Positions 43,823-50,310 of a stretch of DNA of 64,000 bases are shown in pieces. The translations under genes and the position numbers were made by a program. The notes under the pieces are model-generated. The model was not told where the DNA came from and searched no databases. It was given only the letters and a program-made list of their open reading frames with translations. The stretch's first letter is position 1. Every line of letters starts with the position of its first letter. The DNA is from an uncultured Bacteroidota bacterium (GTDB lineage Bacteria; Bacteroidota; Bacteroidia; Bacteroidales; VadinHA17): positions 4,220-68,219 of the forward strand of contig CAIMVD010000101.1 in the NCBI GenBank assembly GCA_903844815.1. The letters are read 5' to 3'.

Positions 43823-45682
43823 TTAAAGGAAATACCGCTGTTTCTTCTTGTTCTCGGTATAAACTTCAAACGCCTTCTTAACTGTTTCAATTTCTGCAAC
43901 TTCCGAAACTGCAACTTCCCACCATGCATAGCCGGGAATACCCTTGTACAGGTCAGTCTCGATAGTAATAACTGTAGTCACTGTCTGTTTCTTTGCCTCT
44001 TCAATAGCAGATTTTAGTGAACTTATATCGTGTGCCTCAATTACGTTGGCGCCAAGGCTGCGGGCATTGCCTGCAAAATCGACCGGAAGAGTTTCACCAG
44101 TCAGTAACCCTGTTTTTTCATCGCGGTAACGGTATTTGGTACCGAAACGCTGTGACCCCACCGATTCCGATAATGCTCCAATGCTTCCATAACCGTTGTT
44201 ATTCAGAAGAATGATAATGAATTTTATCCCCTCCTGTATCGAAGTCACTAGTTCATTGTTCATCATCAGGTAGTTCCCGTCGCCAACCATTACGAATATT
44301 TCCCTGTCGGGGCAGGCCATTTTGGCTCCTATTCCGGCAGCGACTTCATATCCCATAGTAGAATATCCATATTCAAGATGGAATCCTTTGGGATCCGTTG
44401 TTCTCCATAGCTTATGCAGATCGCCGGGAAGGCTTCCTGCAGCGCAAAGAACCACATCGCGTGGCCCTGCAGCCTCATTTACAGCTCCTACAACTTCACC
44501 CTGTGTAACAGGACAGGAACCAGTGACTTTATAAAAATCACTTACCTGTTCATCCCATCTCCTGTTAAGGTCAGCTATCCTGTCAGTATATTCGGTCTGA
44601 GCATGGTAACCATCAAGCAGAACCAACAATTCTTCAAGACAGACTCTGGCATCTGCCGTCATTGGAAGAGCTGAATGTTTGAAGGAATCAAAATCGGCAA
44701 TGTTAATGTTGATAAATTTCACACCTGGATTTTGAAATGCTGTTTTGGATGCCGTTGTAAAGTCGCTGTACCTGGTGCCAATCCCTATCACAAGGTCAGC
44801 TTCGCCTGTTATCTCGTTAGCTCCAGGTGTTCCGGTTGCTCCGACTGCTCCGAGATTAGACGGATGGTTAAAAGGCAGTGACCCCTTTCCTGCAAAAGTT
44901 TCTGCAACAGGAATTCCTGTCAGATCAACAAAAGCTTTCAGTGCATCTGTAGCCTGACTGTAAATAACCCCGCCGCCGGCAATAATTACCGGCTTCTTTG
45001 AGGACCTGATCAAACCTGCGGCTTCCTTTGCAATTTCCCTGTCGGGTCGTGGCCTGGCAATCTTCCAGGTTCTTTTCCTGAAAAGCTCTTCAGGGAAATC
45101 ATAGGCCTCTGCCTGAACATCCTGTGGAATCGCAAGCGTTACTGCTCCCGTTTCGGAAGGAGAGGTCAGTACACGCATTACTTCGGGAAGAGAGGTAATC
45201 AACTGCTCCTGCCTGTTTATCCTGTCCCAGTATTTTGAAACAGGTTTAAAGCAATCATTCACTGAAATATCCTGAGTTGAAGCTGATTCCAGCTGCTGCA
45301 GTACGGGTGCCACATTCCTTCTGGCAAAAATATCACCGGGAATAATAAGCACCGGAATACGGTTTATTGTAGCACATGCTGCTCCTGTCACCATATTTGT
45401 AGCGCCAGGACCTATTGAAGAGATACAGGCGAAGGTTTGCAGACGGTTCTTCATTTTAGCATAGGCAATAGCAATATGAACCGATGCCTGCTCATTACGG
45501 GTCATATAATACCTGAAATCAGGATTTTCCATCAACCCCTCGCCTACCCCGGCAACTATTCCATGTCCGAATATGCCAAGGCAGCCTGCAAAGAACGGAT
45601 TTTCAACACCATCACATTCAACGTACTGGTTTTTCAGAAACCTTACAACCGCCTGCCCTACTGTCAATCTTATTGTTTTCAT
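43823..45682 (-). CDS. iolD: THcHDO hydrolase (ThDP-dependent ring-opening acylhydrolase)
   Basis: RLTVGQAVVRFL, GIFGHG, RNEQ, SIGPGATNM, AAGSLPGDLHKLW, EYGYSTMGYE and GDGNY. Confidence 0.95.
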   Translation of the reverse strand: MKTIRLTVGQAVVRFLKNQYVECDGVENPFFAGCLGIFGHGIVAGVGEGLMENPDFRYYMTRNEQASVHIAIAYAKMKNRLQTFACISSIGPGATNMVTGAACATINRIPVLIIPGDIFARRNVAPVLQQLESASTQDISVNDCFKPVSKYWDRINRQEQLITSLPEVMRVLTSPSETGAVTLAIPQDVQAEAYDFPEELFRKRTWKIARPRPDREIAKEAAGLIRSSKKPVIIAGGGVIYSQATDALKAFVDLTGIPVAETFAGKGSLPFNHPSNLGAVGATGTPGANEITGEADLVIGIGTRYSDFTTASKTAFQNPGVKFININIADFDSFKHSALPMTADARVCLEELLVLLDGYHAQTEYTDRIADLNRRWDEQVSDFYKVTGSCPVTQGEVVGAVNEAAGPRDVVLCAAGSLPGDLHKLWRTTDPKGFHLEYGYSTMGYEVAAGIGAKMACPDREIFVMVGDGNYLMMNNELVTSIQEGIKFIIILLNNNGYGSIGALSESVGSQRFGTKYRYRDEKTGLLTGETLPVDFAGNARSLGANVIEAHDISSLKSAIEEAKKQTVTTVITIETDLYKGIPGYAWWEVAVSEVAEIETVKKAFEVYTENKKKQRYFL

Positions 45683-45758
45683 TTTATAACAGAGTTCTTT
45701 ATATTGTTAATTAAGTGTCGTTTAGTTTAGTCTGGATAAAAAGTTTCTCACTCTTACT

Positions 45759-45823
45759 TTTTTACCCCACTGCCCCCAGGGGGGTGTTCTTAAATCCCCC
45801 CTTGGGGGGTTGGGGGGTAAAAA
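45759..45823. repeat. G/C-run REP-like nested hairpin between iolB and iolD
   Basis: ttttaccccactgcccccagggggg … ccccccttggggggttggggggtaaaa. There is an outer inverted repeat, and each arm contains a C5-6/G6 hairpin. Confidence 0.75.
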
Positions 45824-45942
45824 CACAAGAATAAAAGAGTGGTATTGGTGGTAAAATATTCCTTTCATGTTTGGTAATAATATTCCTTAACTAAATGCCA
45901 TTGATTGTTTATTCATGGATAATTTAACTCGTAATTCTGTTT

Positions 45943-46839
45943 TCAGGTTTTCAGGTTCATCTCCAGTGTTACTACCGGCACCCTGGGGTCCATCGCCTTC
46001 CAGGTACCGTAGATCCACTCATGGTCAGGATCGTTGCTGCTGGCAAGGCTCTGATCGGAGCCTGCAAGGAAATTAAGATAGTAGACGTTGTAACCATGAC
46101 CGGCCACCACAGGATGGTATCCCTCAGGTATAAGTACCACATCATTGTTATGAGCCTCGGCAATCTCATCAAGCGTCCGGCTGTCATTGTATACCTTCTG
46201 GATTGCAAAGCCCCGGGGTTTGTCGATCTTATAAAAATAAATCTCCTCCAAGTCCGCTTCCTTCAGAATACCAGTAGTAGGATCTGTTTTCCTCGTATCG
46301 TGCTTGTGAGCAGGAAATGAGCTCCAGTTTCCTGAGGGAGTATAGACTTCAACGCATACAAGGTGGTTGCATGGTGAACCGGGTGGAAGGATGCTGTTGA
46401 TCTGACGGCTGGCATTATCGCCACCCCTGTATTCGATACCCAATGAATTAACGTCGGAAGGAGTCATAAGCCTGGCAGGAAAACTTTTCTCCGCAGGGCA
46501 CCAACCGCAGGCAAGGTCCAAAAGTTCTCCGGCAGCCGAAATTTCAAACTCAGTATCCGGCGGAAGGTATAAAGCATGAGGAAGGCCTGAAAAAACATTA
46601 CGCCGTGCATCAGCTGTTGTCCAACTCCCCTTCGAAGTATTGGCAAACATATTGCCGCCAAGAATGACAAAGAGGTATTCACTACTTCCGGTTTCACCCG
46701 ACCATTTTTGGCCGGGCTTTAAAGTCCTTGCAAGGAAATTCAGATTCTTCCATCCTGCTTCAGAAGAGCTAAGATGCTGGTAGATCTCTTCTCCGGGAGA
46801 AGATTTTGCCAGAACCTTACATTTTTTATCACGATTCAT
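45943..46839 (-). CDS. iolB: 5-Deoxy-glucuronate isomerase
   Basis: LVCVEVYTPSGNWSSFPAHKHD, LEEIYFY, VLIPEGYHP and YYLNFLAG. Confidence 0.95.
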   Translation of the reverse strand: MNRDKKCKVLAKSSPGEEIYQHLSSSEAGWKNLNFLARTLKPGQKWSGETGSSEYLFVILGGNMFANTSKGSWTTADARRNVFSGLPHALYLPPDTEFEISAAGELLDLACGWCPAEKSFPARLMTPSDVNSLGIEYRGGDNASRQINSILPPGSPCNHLVCVEVYTPSGNWSSFPAHKHDTRKTDPTTGILKEADLEEIYFYKIDKPRGFAIQKVYNDSRTLDEIAEAHNNDVVLIPEGYHPVVAGHGYNVYYLNFLAGSDQSLASSNDPDHEWIYGTWKAMDPRVPVVTLEMNLKT

Positions 46840-46852
46840 TGCTAAATTACTT

Positions 46853-48661
46853 TTACCAGAAAAAATAATAGAGTGAGGCCAGTATACCGCAGATCCCTAT
46901 CGCAGCAATGTTGAAAGTCATTGACGTATGAAAAATACCGCTATGAAGGTTAATGCTCGCTGAATCTTTCTTTTTAAGAGTATTATTCAGAATCATTATG
47001 AGACCTGTAAGAATTATCATAACAATCGGCACATAAATTGCTTCAAGTGCCAGATTCCTGAGCGGATGAACAAAGAAGGCGGATATGATACCTGCAAGCA
47101 TTGCAACTGCAATAAGTTTATAGCCGATCTTAATAATTTTAATGCCTTTATTACCGTCAAAGACATTTTCAACCTTTCGTGTCTTATCCATAAGGCTCAT
47201 ACCGACCATCACGAACGAAAGAAGTATGAAGACATATCCTATCCTGAGGACGAAAGGCATTTCGGGGAAGCATATCTTCATCACCAGTCCTAGTGGGATT
47301 GTAAGCAATGCGGTCCAAAGAGCTGCTTTAGAAGAAGATTGTCTCCAAAACAGGCCACAGAAGAAGATCAGAAACTCGCCAGGATAAATGAACCCGGTAT
47401 ATTCCTGAATGTACTGGTAAGCCTGATCGAGAGATCCCAGTTGGGGAGCAATTATTGTTGAAATTGTAAGGGCAACAAGCGCCACTATCTGACCTACCTT
47501 CACCATCTGCCTGTCAGTAGCATTCTTATTGATGTAGCTTTTATAAATATCCATCGTAAAAATGGTAGAAGTACTATTCACAATTGAACTTATTGAAGAG
47601 ACAGCCGCAGCCGCAATAGCAGCGAATGAAAGACCTGTAATACCAACCGGTACAATATTCCGGATAAGCCATGGATAGGCTTCATCGGATTTTCCAAGTT
47701 TTGCCCCTAATGCAAAGACAGCTATACCCGGGATTACAACCAAAAGCGGGATTAAAAGTTTCAGATAGCCGGCAAATACAACTCCAAGCTGGGCTTCCCT
47801 TATTGTTTTTCCTGCAAGCCCCCTTTGAATAATGAATTGATTGAATCCCCAGAAGCTAAGATTGGTAAGCCACATCGAACCAAGTACTACACCAAGACCA
47901 GGAAGATCTGAAAAGGCGTCTTTGAGACCACCTTTCCCATCAGGGGCAAAGAGAGTTCCCTTAGAAATTATCATATGAAATTTCTGCGGAGCTCTGCTTA
48001 TCAATTCGTTAAATCCGGCTAAAACTCCGTGACCATCGCTTAAGGCATTAAGAGCAAATCCGGTTGTAATAAGGCCTCCAATTATCAAAACAATTACATT
48101 TATTACATCTGTCCAGGCAACTGCTTTCATTCCGCCCCATAATGAGTAGAGTGCCGAAAATAAAGAAAAGCCTATAATCCCGTAAATCAATGGTATCCCG
48201 ATGATTCGTTCCATTGCCAGAGCACCCAGATAAATAACCGCAGTCATGTTTACAAAAATGTAAACGAGGATCCAGAAGACTGCAAAAACCGTACTCACCC
48301 TTTTATCATACCGGTCCGAAAGAAACTGCGGCATCGTAAATATGCCCTTCTCAATGAAGACAGGGAGGAAATACTTAGCTACAAATATCAGACAAATGGC
48401 AGCAATCCACTCATAAGCGGCGATTGCCAGACCTATCGCATAACCCGACCCCGACATAGCAATGAAATGCTCTGCCGAAATATTTGCTGCCAGGAGTGTT
48501 GAACCGATAGCCCACCAGGGGAGCGAACGTCCGGCCAGAAAATAGTCATCCGAAGTCCTCTGTTCTCCTTTTTTCTTGCGGGAAACCCATAGACCTACGC
48601 CTACAATGATTAAGGCATAAACAATAAAAATAATCCAGTCGAGTAAAGCAAATTCTTTCAA
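46853..48661 (-). CDS. Sodium:solute symporter (vSGLT-type), probable inositol uptake
   Basis: YFLAGRSLPWWAIG…ANISAEHF, AYEW, WGFNQFIIQR, AAAVSSISS and YIQEYTG. Confidence 0.9.
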   Translation of the reverse strand: MKEFALLDWIIFIVYALIIVGVGLWVSRKKKGEQRTSDDYFLAGRSLPWWAIGSTLLAANISAEHFIAMSGSGYAIGLAIAAYEWIAAICLIFVAKYFLPVFIEKGIFTMPQFLSDRYDKRVSTVFAVFWILVYIFVNMTAVIYLGALAMERIIGIPLIYGIIGFSLFSALYSLWGGMKAVAWTDVINVIVLIIGGLITTGFALNALSDGHGVLAGFNELISRAPQKFHMIISKGTLFAPDGKGGLKDAFSDLPGLGVVLGSMWLTNLSFWGFNQFIIQRGLAGKTIREAQLGVVFAGYLKLLIPLLVVIPGIAVFALGAKLGKSDEAYPWLIRNIVPVGITGLSFAAIAAAAVSSISSIVNSTSTIFTMDIYKSYINKNATDRQMVKVGQIVALVALTISTIIAPQLGSLDQAYQYIQEYTGFIYPGEFLIFFCGLFWRQSSSKAALWTALLTIPLGLVMKICFPEMPFVLRIGYVFILLSFVMVGMSLMDKTRKVENVFDGNKGIKIIKIGYKLIAVAMLAGIISAFFVHPLRNLALEAIYVPIVMIILTGLIMILNNTLKKKDSASINLHSGIFHTSMTFNIAAIGICGILASLYYFFW

Positions 48662-48679
48662 TTCCTTAGTTTTTAGTTG

Positions 48680-49786
48680 TTAATCCGGTACAATAAGCAT
48701 CATCTCCCGCATTTTTGCTGTCAGGTTTGCGGTTGCCTGTGAAAATTGGGTAAGGGTCATAACCGTAGCCCCAAAACCATCAAACTCTTCTATTGTCATC
48801 CCGTCTTCATGGTATGCACGGCGAAAATCAGTGAATTTTTTTTCAAGTTCCTCAATAATTGCCTTACCAACAGGCACATCCATACGATTTTCAACACTGA
48901 CATCCGATGCGTTATACCGTTTTTGCCATTGATACGGAGGAGATATTACCACATCACCTCCTATAAATTCCGACCAGTGAAGGTGATTCCTGAACGCAGC
49001 GCTTAAAAGCCTCAGGCGATAACCTCTCTCCCTGAATATTGCATAAGCTTTTTTCATCACTGCAACGCCCGCCCAATCGAAGATATGAGGATTTGCGATA
49101 ATATTCCTTTTATCAGCAACATGCCGCAACCAGTCGTCAAGCCTTCCTACCATCAGGGTACAAACCGGCCCCATGGAGCTAATATCCTTACCCTCTTTCT
49201 CGCGCCTGGTCAATCCCCTTTCAACAGCCTCGGCAACTGCTATTGCCTGCGGGAGGGTAAAGCTAACGGTTGCGTTTATGCTCACCCCCAGGTAAGTAGC
49301 CTCCTCAATGGCCTTTACCCCGGCTTTTGTTACCGGAATTTTTACTATCATATTAGGAGCCAGCTGACTGAAATGAACCGCCTGCTTTACGATTTTGTCA
49401 GTATCACGGTATAATCTCGGATCGGTCTGAATAGAAAGACGCCCGTTGCGTCCTTTTTCCCTGTCAAAAACCGGCTTTAGGACACCAGCGGCTTTAACCG
49501 ACATGGCCTCAATAAGTTTCCACGCTACATCATCTTCGGAATATGCAGGATTATCATTAATGATCTGAATAATCGTATCCTTCCATTTATCCCACTCCTG
49601 TTTAAGAACGTTCCATACTATGACCGGATTGCAGGTTGCTCCATTAGCTCCATGCTCAATTGAATACATAAGCTCCTCAATTGAACATGAATCATTCCAC
49701 AGAACTGTGGGAGTGCTCTGCGTCATTTTATGAAGAGGGCTCTTGTAATTCATCTTCTGATTCAGTTCATCACTAATAATATCCAT
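48680..49786 (-). CDS. Transaldolase-fold class I (Schiff-base) enzyme with an atypical active site
   Basis: LWNDS, ATCNPV, RLSIQTDPRL, IVKIP (K149), INATVSF, LMVGRLDD and AAFRN align with TalB motifs. Alternative start at 49753. Confidence 0.9.
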   Translation of the reverse strand: MDIISDELNQKMNYKSPLHKMTQSTPTVLWNDSCSIEELMYSIEHGANGATCNPVIVWNVLKQEWDKWKDTIIQIINDNPAYSEDDVAWKLIEAMSVKAAGVLKPVFDREKGRNGRLSIQTDPRLYRDTDKIVKQAVHFSQLAPNMIVKIPVTKAGVKAIEEATYLGVSINATVSFTLPQAIAVAEAVERGLTRREKEGKDISSMGPVCTLMVGRLDDWLRHVADKRNIIANPHIFDWAGVAVMKKAYAIFRERGYRLRLLSAAFRNHLHWSEFIGGDVVISPPYQWQKRYNASDVSVENRMDVPVGKAIIEELEKKFTDFRRAYHEDGMTIEEFDGFGATVMTLTQFSQATANLTAKMREMMLIVPD

Positions 49787-49879
49787 CGGTACGTTTATTT
49801 ATATTTGGGTTGAATCATGACCCGGATTTTTCAGGTCAGTCTGGCACAAAACAGGAAACATTACAGTACTCATTAAAGC

Positions 49880-49887
49880 CAAAGATA
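49880..49887 (-). promoter_or_regulatory. Bacteroidota -7 promoter element for the tal-iol operon
   Basis: TATCTTTG on the minus strand, about 94 nt upstream of the start at 49786. Confidence 0.6.
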
Positions 49888-50112
49888 ATTTTAATTCACA
49901 TATACTATTTTTACATTCTTACCATTCTATGGTGATATTTTAGCATTTTTCGAATATATCCCAAAGCATCAGGCTAATTTGAGTAATTTACTGTGTGAGT
50001 ATTTGTAATCAGTAACAGAATTATCAATTATGTTAATTTACTTCCCCCATGAGAGATAGCTGTTAAGTTAAGCCAAGATAGAAAACGGAAATATAGAGAT
50101 TTAAAAAAATCG

Positions 50113-50259
50113 GACTGTCAAAAAAGTCCTCCGTGGTCCTCAGTGGCACCTCTGTGGTCCTCTGTGAAAGTTCTTAACAGTTTGTTACACAGAGATCCAC
50201 AGAGAAGGCACGGAGATCCACAGAGGCCTGAAGTTAAAATTCGTGCTTTTTAGACAGCC
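50113..50259. mobile_element. MITE-like element of about 147 bp containing a four-unit hairpin
   Basis: Ends gactgtcaaaaaag and ctttttagacagcc form a 12/14 inverted repeat. Internal arms of four 10-nt units lie at 50128-50168 and 50187-50226. No clear target-site duplication. Confidence 0.45.
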
Positions 50260-50310
50260 TCATAATTATTGTTTATACTTTCATCATAATAAACCGGTAA
50301 CTATATCGAA

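Noticed and set aside
49906-49950. Imperfect direct repeats (tatttttacattctt / tattttagcattttt) upstream of the iol promoter as an AraC site
   Set aside because: The spacing is 30 nt in very AT-rich DNA with only two copies; too weak to call without footprinting.
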